Source of the DNA: Chlorokybus atmophyticus
Lineage: Eukaryota > Plantae > Mesostigma and Chlorokybus algae
DNA: 64,000 nucleotides
NCBI GenBank assembly: GCA_009103225.1
Contig: RHPI01000773.1
Location: 20,955-84,954 of the forward strand
Direction of reading: 5' to 3'
How positions within the stretch are numbered: the stretch's first letter is position 1; the number at the start of each line of letters is the position of its first letter. Made by a program: the position numbers and the translations under genes. The notes under the pieces were generated by a model. It was not told the origin of the DNA. It saw nothing but the letters and a program-made list of their open reading frames with translations, and ran no database searches. Of the stretch, positions 33,218 to 45,700 are shown one piece after another.

Positions 33218-36200
33218 ATGGGGTTTCTGCGGGCGTGCTTGCCGTGCGTGCCGGCGCGCAAGCAGCGCTACGGCGTGACGGATGGCGACAAGGAGAAGGC
33301 GGCGCCCGCTGCCGCCGCCGTCGCTAGCACCACTACCGTATTGGGCGCCGCTGCGGCCGCGCCGCTTGCTCCCGTGCAGAGCCCCTCTGCCGTCACTCCC
33401 TCCTCCCGCCATGACATCCCCCGCGAAGCATTATTCTCTCCTGGCCGCAGCAACCCAAAGACTGTATTGGGCCCTTTCCAGGTGCGAATTACACTCTCGT
33501 ATGCACTGAGTATCACACGCATACACACATGCGCGTGCACTTTTGCACGCACATGCACAAGCATACGCACATGTGCCCGCATACATGCACAAATGCTCAC
33601 GCAATGGATTGGTACCGCTCTGGTGGAGTATTCATAATATATTCACAAGTCTTTGCTGAACCTTTGTGTACGCAACTGATTGTGTGATTATCTACTTCCC
33701 AGTCCAAGAATGTGTTGGCCTCCCCTTACGCATACTACCCTTCCGACCGTTTGATGAAACCCTCTCCCAAGGGCGACCGCAGCGGCGACGACGTGTTGCT
33801 GGTTGACAAGCACGAGCAGCAGCAGCAGCAGGCCCAAGTCAGTCCCGATGATGCAGTTGTGGTTGAGGAAGACGAGGCGGAGGAGGAGGAGGACAAGGAG
33901 GGAAAGCTGCATGAGGCATTGCTAAATCTGGCAGCAGCAGAAGTGCCCGCTTCAACACACACCACACACGCCACAACGGTAAGATTGTGCGCGCGCGTGA
34001 CTACGTCTGTGGGTGTGCATGTGCATGTGTGTGTGCGTGTGCATACGTGCACGTTTGCATGTGCGTGCATAAGAATGATGCCCATGCGCGTGCATGCGCA
34101 TGTCCTTGCGTGCGTCAAGTTGCGCTGTGCATTCTCTCGCAACCGCAAACACCTTGTATAATAGGGGGTGTTTGCTGTTTACAATGCGTCTTTCCTGGGT
34201 TGTGCAGGTGGATGGTGAGGATGCCAACGGCGGTTGGGAGCAGCTTTCCAGGAGCAGCAGCGTGCAGCTCGACACGCTCAAGGGCGCCGCCGAGACCGCC
34301 ATGCTGGACCTTGAAGACCGGCTCGCTCTCATCAGCAATGTTGATGATCATCGTCATGAAGCAGTATCACCAGTAGTCGCGAGCTCCCCGAGCCGCCTGG
34401 TCGTTGCCGACAATGTCAACGAGCTTTCAACAAGCAATGACAACGAGCATGACAACCTGCTTCATGTTGGTCAGCACACGCCTGAAGTGGCGTCACAAGG
34501 TAGGCCATGTTCATGTGCGCGTGCAGTTTAGGTGCGAGTGCGAGTGATTGTGTTTTCACATTCTTGTTGTCTTTGGCAGTGAATGCGTTGGCAGAGTCTG
34601 CATCGATGCTCGCTGGGCTTCGCGACAACCCGTTGTTTGCCGCAACCGCGCTGGAAAAACAGCAACAACAATTGCAACAACAACAACTGCATTACCCACA
34701 ACCTTCTGTCCCCGACTTCTATCCTGCTCGCAGCAGCTCGCCAGTAGCGATTGATCGTCATTTCCCCAACGCAAAGACGTACACTGTGAACTGGGACGCC
34801 GATGAAGAAGCGCCCTCAACCATAGTACAACTGCCAACCACCACACCACTACCCGCAAGGTAGTGTGGACTTGGGTGTTGGTTATGTCGTTGGTCATGTC
34901 GTCCATGCATCAGATAACAGGAAGTTCGTTCCAGATTTTAACACCATGCAGATACAGTGGTACATCAATCTGAATATATAGAATTGTGCGTGTGTGCACA
35001 TACACACGCACATGTGCGGATACCTGCACAGGCGCGCGCACATGCACACACACATGTACATGCTTAACCACCCAGTATGCACGCATGCATAACAGATGTA
35101 AAAGTGAATGAATTGCTGCTTTCAGAGTTGCCAATGGGAGACGGCCTGTTGTTGACGACACCCCTGCTTTCGGCGAGGTGGACTGCTCTCCCGTGCCCCC
35201 CGTTCGCCGTACGGTGTCGTTGATGGAGGAGGACCTCGCACGTCGACGCGCCATACTCATGTTGGCCGACGCAACGTCCCCGCCGCCGGAGAAACCCACG
35301 GTGGACTCGTGGACCTACTTGGACCCCATGAATAGCGCAGACAAGGGTGCGCACACGATGATGACGAGTGTGGTGGCATCACCGGTTGTTGTCGAGTGGA
35401 GACTAGCGGATGAGATTAGCAACGACGAGCCAACTTCATCGGAGAGACATCATGTTAGACAACAGCATGATGCTGTTGAACAGTCTCCTGTATCGTTGGT
35501 TGGGAGTCACCATACGCCTGTTGTTGCTGGCGTGCACGCGCGCTTAGAAGGAGGAGCCAACAACGAGCCCTTCATGTCCCCAAGCGTTGATCCGTTGGAC
35601 GCCTGCACGCCTTTTTTCCCCCCCCCCACGCGCAGCGAGTCCCCGGAGCTCACGCAGTCACGCCGAATGAGCGAGTACCCGACCATGATACCAACATTGA
35701 GTAAGAGCACCAGCAGCAGCAAAAGGACAGCGAACCAACGCAGGTCTCTCCCGGCGAGACTCAACTCCTCGGGCGCACCCAACACCAACACAAAGTACCG
35801 ACCCGAGCAACCCGTGCCTTTTGACCCCGCGCCATTTGACCAGAAAGTGGAAGAGGCTCTCTCTCTCACCCGGGCCCGACTCAACAACAACAACAGCGGT
35901 GAGGGCATGAGGTTCAGGGAGACTCAGTCCAGGTTGGAGCGCATAGAGCGCGCGAGGCAAAGGCGTGAACAGGCGGCGATAAATAGGAGCAAGTACGAGC
36001 AGGAGTTGAGAAGCAGCAGCAAAAAGAGGAAAGGAGGAGAAGGGAGTGGTAGTGGTGGTAATGCTGTGGATGGTAGTCAACCCAACGTCGCGGCGATGCT
36101 GCCCACGCACAATCAGAAGGTCCCGATGCCACACGCGCGCCGCGTCTCAGAGTCCAGAGCGATGCAGAAGGAGAGAAACAGCGCAGGCATGCAGAAGCAG

Positions 36201-36313
36201 TCTGCCACCACCGGCAAGAGGTGAGTGTGTGTGCGTGTGAGGTATGTTGTCTTTACACCCATGTTGGCTTGTTGCTCAGCTGTTCATTGTTGAACAACAG
36301 GTGGGAATTCTGA
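33218..36313 (+). CDS. Uncharacterised low-complexity/disordered protein, ~6 exons, N-terminal MGxxxxCxxC acylation-like motif
   Basis: In-frame chain of exons with GT/AG boundaries: MGFLRACLPC...LGPFQ | SKNVLASP...HATT | VDGEDANG...VASQ | ...NALAES...PLPA | RVANGR...(35178-36220 ORF)...TTGK | RWEF*. No family recognised. Confidence 0.7.
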
Positions 36314-37190
36314 TGTTCAAACAAGTGTCACACCTGACGGTTCACCAGCTCAAGCATATTGCTGTTTGTCCAGTAAATGCGGTGAGTCATTCTTTCACGC
36401 AAGTCATCCTCCTGTTGCTGCAAAGGATATATTTTGTGTTCATCTATCTGCTTGACATACGTAGCCAAATCAGGCATGTGTGCAACGCAGGTGCCCTTAA
36501 GCATGTGCGCTGCGCCTCTTGTGGATACCGACTTTCTCTGTAGCTATTGTCCAGTTAATGTGTACAGCATAGTTATCCTCTTCAACCCCAGTTGCACTCC
36601 ATACACTGTGCCAGCTGTACATGCGCGCATGTGCGGCTGTGTAGCACAGCTTGCTTAGCAATATGCATCACTACTTTCTATAGCACACAAGTGGTGGATC
36701 AGTTCAAAGATTGCGAACACCTGCATTGCAGCTGTATGCAAACTCTACGCAATTTACAGTCAGAGGTTTGCACCGGTGCTGAAAGCTTCTGATGCAATAC
36801 GCGTGCAGCCTAGCAGTTGCAATGCACAAATTTACCACCAGATCATTTAATGGATGAAACTGGCAATATCTTGATGGTAATCGTCATCATCACCATCGAC
36901 GTCATCGGCATTAGCGGCACCGCATAAGGTGTAAGTAGTATTAGCACACGCCAAACACACCCCTGCATTGCATACACATATATATGTATATATCATACAT
37001 ACTGGAGCTACCATCACCCTTGTATAAAAACGGGCAACAGCCAGCCTTCCCTACACAATACGGTGTGCTGTGTACAAGACCAGCTGTTTTGCCCGCACCG
37101 CACCAACCGTGACATACGGTACAGCATGTTGTTTGCTGAGCAACTACTTTCACCATCTTCACGCATGTTCAACACGACTAGGTGCGTGTA

Positions 37191-39282
37191 TCAGCCATAA
37201 TCGATCCCGGAATGGTGATGTATCCTGCCGTCTGTGCTCAGTCCAATCGCAGAAACGGGCGAATGCGTGTCCAACGTGATCGATGCTACTTCACCGTGCG
37301 TTCCTGGCACGGGCGCGACGCGACAGCCTCCAGCCACGAATGCACCCTTTTAAGAAATGCATGAAGGACACAACATCACATTAAATTATGACAACTCAAC
37401 CTGTATTGTTTCCAAGTGCAAAGCATGTACCCAACCACCAAGGGGGTTCCTACCTGCATCCATCCGTGGCGAAGGCGTTGGTACAGCTGCTGCACTGCGC
37501 GCTGTCGCGGCGGGTACACGCGTCGAGAAATGCGCTGCGATATTGAGATATACAAGCCAAGAGCAAGCCATTGATGTGGTGCGCTTTGGAAAGCATGCGT
37601 GGATTTGAGAGCGCGCGCAAGGTTCGTATGATGCATGCTTACGTGCAGCAGAGCCGTTAGTACGCGCAGCGATAGATACTCGTCACATTGCACTAAAGCC
37701 TGGATATCAACACGCGCGCTACCATCCTGCCGATGAGACGCGCATATAATGAGTACACTGTGTAATGTGTGCCATGATCCGTGTTCAGAATCAGCTTCAC
37801 TTGCATACCTGTTGCAGTTGCACTGCTTTTTGAAAAACAGCCTCTTCAAGTTCTTTGAACTGATGAGAAGCGTAGGAACAGAGCGCCTGGACTTGCAGTA
37901 ACTCCTCTACCGGAAACCCTGACATAGATTGCAATCGGCTTCTATCTCCAGAAAAACTTGTGTATGCGACAACAAACCGGCATCGCCCATACCGGGTGTT
38001 TGCAACGCGGCCCGCACTCTGCTGCGGTAGAACGCCGTGTTTGCGTTGGTGGGGTCTTCAACCCACTCTTGATTTGCAATGCGACAAACCTGCGCACCAC
38101 AACACAACAACATCAACAGCAACAGCACAACATCAAGCACAAGGACAACCCACCCCAACCCTCACCTGCATCAGCTGCTGTTTGGTGAAGCCCAGCAGCG
38201 GCCGCACGAGGCGTACCCTCGGTGACAATGTTGCAACAGCAGGCATGCCTGCAAGCCCATCAATGCCCGAAGCGCGCGCTAAGCGCATCAGCACCGTCTC
38301 TGCCTGAAAACACCAACACGTCTTACCACGTGTGCATGTGCGCGTCTGTGTGTGTGTGTTTGGTTGCATTACAAAGACTTGAGCTGCGATTGAGTACTTG
38401 GTCATCGGCGTGGTGCGCGGTTAGCAGCGTCGCGATCCCTTGCTGCCGGCACTCCTCTACTAGGAGGCGGTACCTACCACACAACATTCAATTGCCATGC
38501 AAGCGCCTCGCAGCAGATCCCATCACCAATTACTCGCCAGGCAGGCGCAATGCAAGTTTCACTCGCAAAACAAGCTCTCACTACGAATGCATGCAGTGTT
38601 TAAAAGTTGCCAACAAAAGACAGCACACGCGGAAGGCATGCCTTCACACTGTTGCAACAGTGCAGAAGTCCAACATTCAAACGAGGAGCAAATGTCAAAA
38701 AGTGGGAAGGCATATTTTACCTTACCGCTGGTTCCTGGCATCCGCTTGCAGCCTGCTGCACCTGGGCTTGCCATCAGGCCACTCGCAGCGCAGCACTGAA
38801 TGCGCCAGCCCTGACACACATGCGTAAATTAAGGTACACAAGCATATGCACAAACGGTCTGCAGTCGCAAGCGAATGTGATTGCTTGCATGCCAGGTTAA
38901 TTTACCCAAACTGTGAAGACCTAACCTTTCCTTTGCAGCCAGCCTGCCACAGTCGCCGCCTCCGCGGCGCTCTCCGGCCTGAGGGCGTGATCTACCACGC
39001 ACGCCAGCAGCGGCGGGGAAGAGGGAGCTGTCGTCATGGACGACGCCAACAGCGCAAGGGCCATGCTGTCCGCGCCGCCCGACACCGCCAGCGCTGCGCA
39101 GGAGGACAACAACAAGAGGGAGGAGGAGAAGAGCGACACTGTCAGCCACAGGAAGCAGGAGGAGAATGAGAAAGGCAAGACGCACCCAGCGGGTCGGCGA
39201 GGCGGCGAACCCCCGCTGCGTCCAGCGCGCGGCGGAAGGCCACGGCAGCGGCGGCGAACACAGCGCCCACGCCGCCGCCCAT
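37191..39282 (-). CDS. tilS: tRNA(Ile)-lysidine synthase (organellar TilS; RASPBERRY3-like), multi-exon, 5' end uncertain
   Basis: LAVSGGADSMAL (PP-loop); VVDHALRPESAAEA; ARNQRYRLL...LLTAHHADDQ|AETVLMRLARASGIDGLAGM; LVRPLLGFTKQQL; WVEDPTN. Confidence 0.92.
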
Positions 39283-39745
39283 GTCGCCGCCATGCACAGC
39301 AATGCGGTGAATTTCCCCACCAATGATATCACTGCTTGCTCGGTATCATTGTTGTCATCACAACTATCGACCTTCACCTGTTGATATCACACGGTGTGGT
39401 CACGTGACTTGCTGGGCAGGCGGTCCCAACTGGCACCTGATGACGTGGCGGCGGCGGCGGCGGCGGCCATGACGTGGTTGAAGGGGAGAAGAGGGAGACC
39501 CATGATGCAAGGGTGCACACGGACTGATTGCCCGCTGTTTAGTATTCAGCGTAGCGTTTGTTCTTCTTTGTTAAGGGTAGATGTTGGTGAGTGTGCTGGT
39601 TGTTAGGTTTGACATTAGCCCCCATTAGGGTTGAATGAGCACTGTGGCGCTGAAGAGTTTACTACAGTGTTGATTGGAGAGTGTGACACTGAGAGTTTCT
39701 GGATACTGGTGCCGAAGCAGTACAGAGTACAGCAGTCCATCCGCC

Positions 39746-42700
39746 ATGGAGCTCTCAGCAGACAAGTTCAAGCAGCGCGTGCTGGAGGCCAAAAAGACCG
39801 GCAGACTCAACCTCAGGTGTGAACGCGTGTTGCTGTAAGAGTCACAGCTTAAGTAAAACACACCAACAACAGATCTACATTGTCACAGTCAACTTCATCA
39901 AGGGCACAACCACACGCACACCCAGCCACACACGTACTTGTGCACACATGCACGCGCACTCCCCTCTCCCCNNNNNNNNNNNNNNNNNNNNNNNNNNNNN
40001 NNNNNNNNNNNNNNNNNNNNNNNNNNNNNNNNNNNNNNNNNNNNNNNNNNNNNNNNNNNNNNNNNNNNNNNNNNNNNNNNNNNNNNNNNNNNNNNNNNNN
40101 NNNNNNNNNNNNNNNNNNNNNNNNNNNNNNNNNNNNNNNNNNNNNNNNNNNNNNNNNNNNNNNNNNNNNNNNNNNNNNNNNNNNNNNNNNNNNNNNNNNN
40201 NNNNNNNNNNNNNNNNNNNNNNNNNNNNNNNNNNNNNNNNNNNNNNNNNNNNNNNNNNNNNNNNNNNNNNNNNNNNNNNNNNNNNNNNNNNNNNNNNNNN
40301 NNNNNNNNNNNNNNNNNNNNNNNNNNNNNNNNNNNNNNNNNNNNNNNNNTTCCAAACCGTACACACTCACTCACCCCCTCCCTCCCAGTTACCTCGAGCT
40401 CGAGGAGCTCTCCCCTTCCCTGGTCTCCCGCATCCGCACCCTCCTCCCTTCCCTCTCCGAGCTCGACCTCCGCTCCAACGCTCTGGCCGAGTTGCCGGAG
40501 GAGCTCGCCGACCTCAAGACTCTCAGAGTGCTCAGACTGAATTACAACAGACTGCAGAGGATGCCGGCGGGGGGGGTGCTGGCCGCACTGCCCAAACTGC
40601 AGGTGAGGGGTGTGTGTGTGTGATGTGTTTGGGTGATGCACTGTGGTATGGTATACTGGGGTGGACAGGACAGCGTGCTATACATGTTGCTGATGCAGTG
40701 TACGCGCGACAGCGATGCGCTAGATGGTGTTGGTTGGGGCGTGAGTGATGCACGTGGGTTGGTGCGGTGTAGTGCAATGTTGGTTGGGGGCGTGCCGGGG
40801 ATGATGTGTCTTGACAAACATGATGGCGCAATATATATAGAGCATAAGCAATGACACTATCAATAAGCAATGACACTATCAAAACCACAGGTGCTGGAGC
40901 TGAGTGGGAATCATATAACGGAGTTGTCGGATGAGGTCGCGCTGCTCACGGGGCTGAGGGAACTGGACCTGTCGGGAAATAAGCTCACGCAGATGCCGGA
41001 AGCGATTACTGCGCTGGAGAACCTCACGTCGCTCAACTTGGGTAAGAGGACTGAATCGAGTGATTGTGCATGTGTACATGCATGTGCGTGTGTGCGCACC
41101 CTCGTTTGCGCGTGCGTGTGCGCGCTCGCGCTTGCGTGTTCATGTGCGTGTGTGTATACACGTGCCGATATATGCGCGGGCATGCGTGTGCGTGCGCGCT
41201 TGCGTGTGTATGGATGGATGAACGGTCACGAAGCTGTGTTGCAGAGAACAACCAGCTTCCGTATGCCTGACTGTGTGTACACAAACACTCGTGGACTTGC
41301 GCACACGTGCGTGTGTTCTGGCGTGTGTTGTTGACTTGATCACGCCTCTATCCCAGAGAACAACCAGCTCCTCTCCGTCCCCGAATCCCTCGGCTCCCTC
41401 TCTTCCCTCTCCCGTCTCGACGTCTCCACCAACCGTCTCACTTCCCTCCCTTCCTCCGTCGGCCGCCTCTCCTCCCTCACCCGCATCGACCTCTCCACCA
41501 ACAACCTCGCCGACGTCCCTCCTTCCCTCGGCAACTGCCGCGGCCTGAGGGAACTGGACCTCAGGTACAATGCACTGAGGGAACCGTACAAGGCGAGGTA
41601 CGAGGAGGGGCTGACCAAGTTCATGGAGTTTCTGAGATACGAGGAGGAGAGGCTGAGGCAGGAGGAGCTGGAGAGACTGAAACCAGTGGGGCATGAGCTG
41701 GGTAAGTGGGTGGGGGTGGGGGTGGGAGGCAGCGAAGTTCTGCATAGAACGTCTGTGTAGACTTGGAGGTCATTGTCGCCGCGGTTACATTGGACTGGGT
41801 TTGGCATGTTTCAGTTCTGGCGCTACGTTAATCATGTGTGTCAGGTTTCAACCAGTGTCGTTGTGTCAGCAATTTGGCATCGCTGTCACCATGCTTGCGC
41901 GCGGTGGTTTACCGACATTGGTACCACAGTGTACCAATGCTGCAGTTGTACCAGATCCGTTGAATGAATTGCCAGTGGTTGTGGTGTTCTATCGGTGTTG
42001 CACGACGCACGTGCATCCGCATCCGCATCTGTATCTGTACCAGCAGATGCATCAGCGTCAGGGATGCTGTGACTATGAGTACGTCTTTGCATTTACATTC
42101 CATCTCACATCCCCGTTGCATGGCAGCTTACTTCACCGAGTTTTGGGTGGGCGAGGGGCGGGAGTGTCCTCCCGTGCGTACGGGCCACACTGTGACTCAT
42201 GCCAACGAGACCACCTACTTCTTCGGTGGCTGCGTGGAGGGCGAGATCGCTTCCGGCAACACCACCACCATATCTGCCACCACCGCTGCCACAACCACCA
42301 CCACCACCACGAACACCAGCGCCACCGCCTCCAACAACAACAACAGCAGCGGCGTGAAGGTGAACGAGGTTGTCGCCATTGATATGGAGACGATGGAGTG
42401 GAAGCGGCTGCCGACCTCGGGTGCCATCCCACCCGCGCGTGATGGACACGCTGCGGCTCATGATCCGGATACGAATAGACTATACGTGTTTGGGGGACGG
42501 TCGAATGAACGGAAACGATTGAATGATCTGCACTACCTAGACCTCAAGACGCGCATCTGGCACAAGGTGGGATGGAAACCATACCATCACTACTGTATAA
42601 ACCAACATTGTCGCATCACTACATGATAGTCGTGCGCAGGTGTCTGCACGCGCGCGCCCACACAGGCGCGCACACACGCACGCACGCACGCACGCACGCA

Positions 42701-45700
42701 CGCTCCATTGTTGTCGTGTGCATGCACACAACATCACAATTCCAACTCACAGCAAAGCCGTGGTGTTGTGACGATTCATCCAATCTTGCGATCTGATCAC
42801 CATAGCAACGTGTGACCTCTCTTTGCTTGCAGCCTGGTCTGGAGGGTTTGGGTCCGACGCCGCGCGAGGGCGTGAGCGCGGTGGTGGTGCGCAACACCCT
42901 CGTGCTGTTCGGTGGACACGGCAGTGGGCAGCGATACAACGAAGTGCACTTCCTGGACTTGAAGGCAAGCAGGCTCGCATGCATGTCTACTAACAACAAA
43001 TGTGAAACATAGCAGTTGCAAGACAAACCACTGAGTCTGTTCATTCAGCTGTCATAAAGTGCCTGTACTGTTGCGTGCACTTTATATGTAAGTATGCGAC
43101 TATCTGCACCTACATCTACATCAGCACTGGACTTCAGCTCTCTGTCTCTGTCTCTGTCTCTGTCTCAGTATGTGCATATGGGTCTGTATGTGCGTGCATG
43201 CGGGACTGACCAACCCTTGCTCGTGTGCGTGTGTGCGCAGCATTGGGTTTGGAGTCAGCCCGTCATCAGCGGCGCGGCTCCTTCCCCTCGCCAGGGCGCC
43301 GCTCTCGCTCTCGCCCTCGACACCACCACCACCACCACCACCAACAACAACAACACCTTCTCCCCGACCCTCTACATGCACGGCGGTCGCAGCAACTTCG
43401 TCCTGGGCGACCTCTACGCCCTGGACCTCAAGGACCTGACCTGGCGCGAGGTGCAGGTGGAGGGCCGCGCGCCCGCCCCGCGACACTCGCATAGCGCGGC
43501 GGTCAGGAACGGGAGGTTGCTGGTGTTCGGCGGAGTGGGAGAGTTGGGGGGAGCGCTAACAGGGTTGTATGCGCTAACGCTAGCCGGAGAGGAGAGTGGA
43601 AATGTAACGCAGTCGCCGCCCGTAACACCGCGGCAGCAAACGCATGAGAGGTGGGTAACGTGTTGTATCTATTCAGCTGTGCAACTGTCTGCGCGTGTGT
43701 GTGTGCGCCCGAGTGCGTGATGATGTTCCCGTAACTGTCCATACGTTGGGATTTGTGTGCAGGGTTGTTGAGGACAGTGCAGTAGCTGGGAAGTCGCAAG
43801 GCGGGGGCGACCACAAACGCACGTGGGTGGAGTTGCAAGGCGAGCTCGAGTTCAACTTGCACAGAACGTAAGTGCCAGTACAACCACAGCACACATCATG
43901 AAGGTCAAACCCAACATCTCCCCTCCTGTTTCAGGTGCTGCTTCGGCTCAGACTACAGCATACTGTTGTATCAGTACGGCAGTCCAGCCAAGGCCGCGCA
44001 CGACTCGTGGCAAACAGACTCGGACGTCATCGTCGACACCAACATCAACGCCGCGAATGGCAACTCCCCTGCGACACCCAACAACGTTAGTAGTAATGGC
44101 AAGTCTGCGGATGGGAAGCGGCCCCGTTGGGACGTCTTTCGCATCGGTCAGCTTGAGAGTTTTGTGGAGACGCCGCTGGATGGGTCGAGTGGAGATGGCG
44201 CAGACTCGGATGCCACGGAGAAGGGCAAGGCCAAGCGGGCACGGGTGGAACACACCATACGCACCAAGGTGGGGCTAATAAACATGCACATGGCGTTGTT
44301 GCTGTTGATGTAATCTGCATGTGTCTGTGCACTACATGCACAAGCACGCACTCAGACGCACGCACATGAACGCACACACGCGCACAAACGCACACGCAGT
44401 CGGCCACTATGTTCCAACCGCATGTTGTGTTGTTGCTTGCCGCAGGTGACACAAGCAGCGTGCCTCACAAGCGTGACTGCGCGGGAGTCCGGGTTGCTCG
44501 GTCGCGCGCGTGCGTTCGCCCGCGCCTTCCGCGAGTCCCACCCTTCCCGCCGCGCCTTTGGGAACCTCCTCGTTGCCAAGAACGAGTGCGGCGTCGAGCG
44601 CATCATCTGCCAGAGCATACGCCCTACTCAGGTGAGTGGTGTGGGTTTGGATATGGTGTGTGTATGGGTGATACAGACCGAATGTGGCTTGTAGTTGGCG
44701 TACACGGAGCTGTATGAGGCGCACAGCTGCGCGCTTTTCCTCGCCAACTTCTTGCGCTATGAGCCGCTAGAGGACCCGCTGCAGTTCCCAGAGTACTTCC
44801 CTTCACCCTACTCCGTCCTGCAGGTGGGTGTGTCACTCCCAAACACAACATCGAGACGACTGCACACGCATATTGCTGCTTGTGTGTTAGAATCTCACAT
44901 GTGTGCGTGCGTGTGTGTTTACCAATTGTGCAGTGGCAAGCGGGCGACTGCTTTGACTTCAGTATGGTGCTGACATCTCTGCTGATTGGCGCCGGATATG
45001 ATGCGTACTGCGTTGCCGGATATGCGCCTCGAGACATCACACTCAACAACCAGGTAATAAATACAACGCACATATTGCATTCACATCCCTATCTCTGCAT
45101 GTATCTGCTTTGTATTGTCAGATGTATCTGTATCTGTATGAACAACAGGTTCGCACAGAGTGTCCGCTGCTGGAGTCCGAACCGCCCGCCAGCACAACAA
45201 CAGTACCCAAGCCCACCACAAGCAGCGGCACGCGCAGCGAAGCCCAAGCCGACACACAGTCATCATTCGTCCCAACCGACACCAGCGACATTCCCGACAC
45301 CAACGCCGACATCACCACCACTGACTCCACCCTCCACAACCACAAGCCCAACAACACCAAAGCCGCCCCGCGTGCCAAGTACACGCCCTCGCTGCGACAA
45401 CCAATGGAGTCCGCTTTCGAGCGTGAGCAGGCTGAGTTGCGTGCACGCGAGCTCGCCGAAGCCAACAAAGGTCCTTCACCTGATGAAATTGCGCGCGAGG
45501 AGGCTTTACAGCTGTGGAGGGATGAGGAGGAGTTGTATGGGGAAGGGGTGGATGCGCTCGAGGGACGGCGTGTACACGCGTGGGTGCTCGTATTGCCCGG
45601 GAGACGGGAAGTCAACGCACCCTTCTATCTGGAACTGTCATCGGGGAGGAAGTATGCTATCACTAATGCGCCTTATGTTGGCGTGGAGTGCGTGTGGAAC

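Noticed and set aside
40843-40882. 19-bp tandem duplication (ATAAGCAATGACACTATCA x2) just before a DRC7 acceptor
   Set aside because: Simple local slippage duplication with no effect on the inferred splice site.
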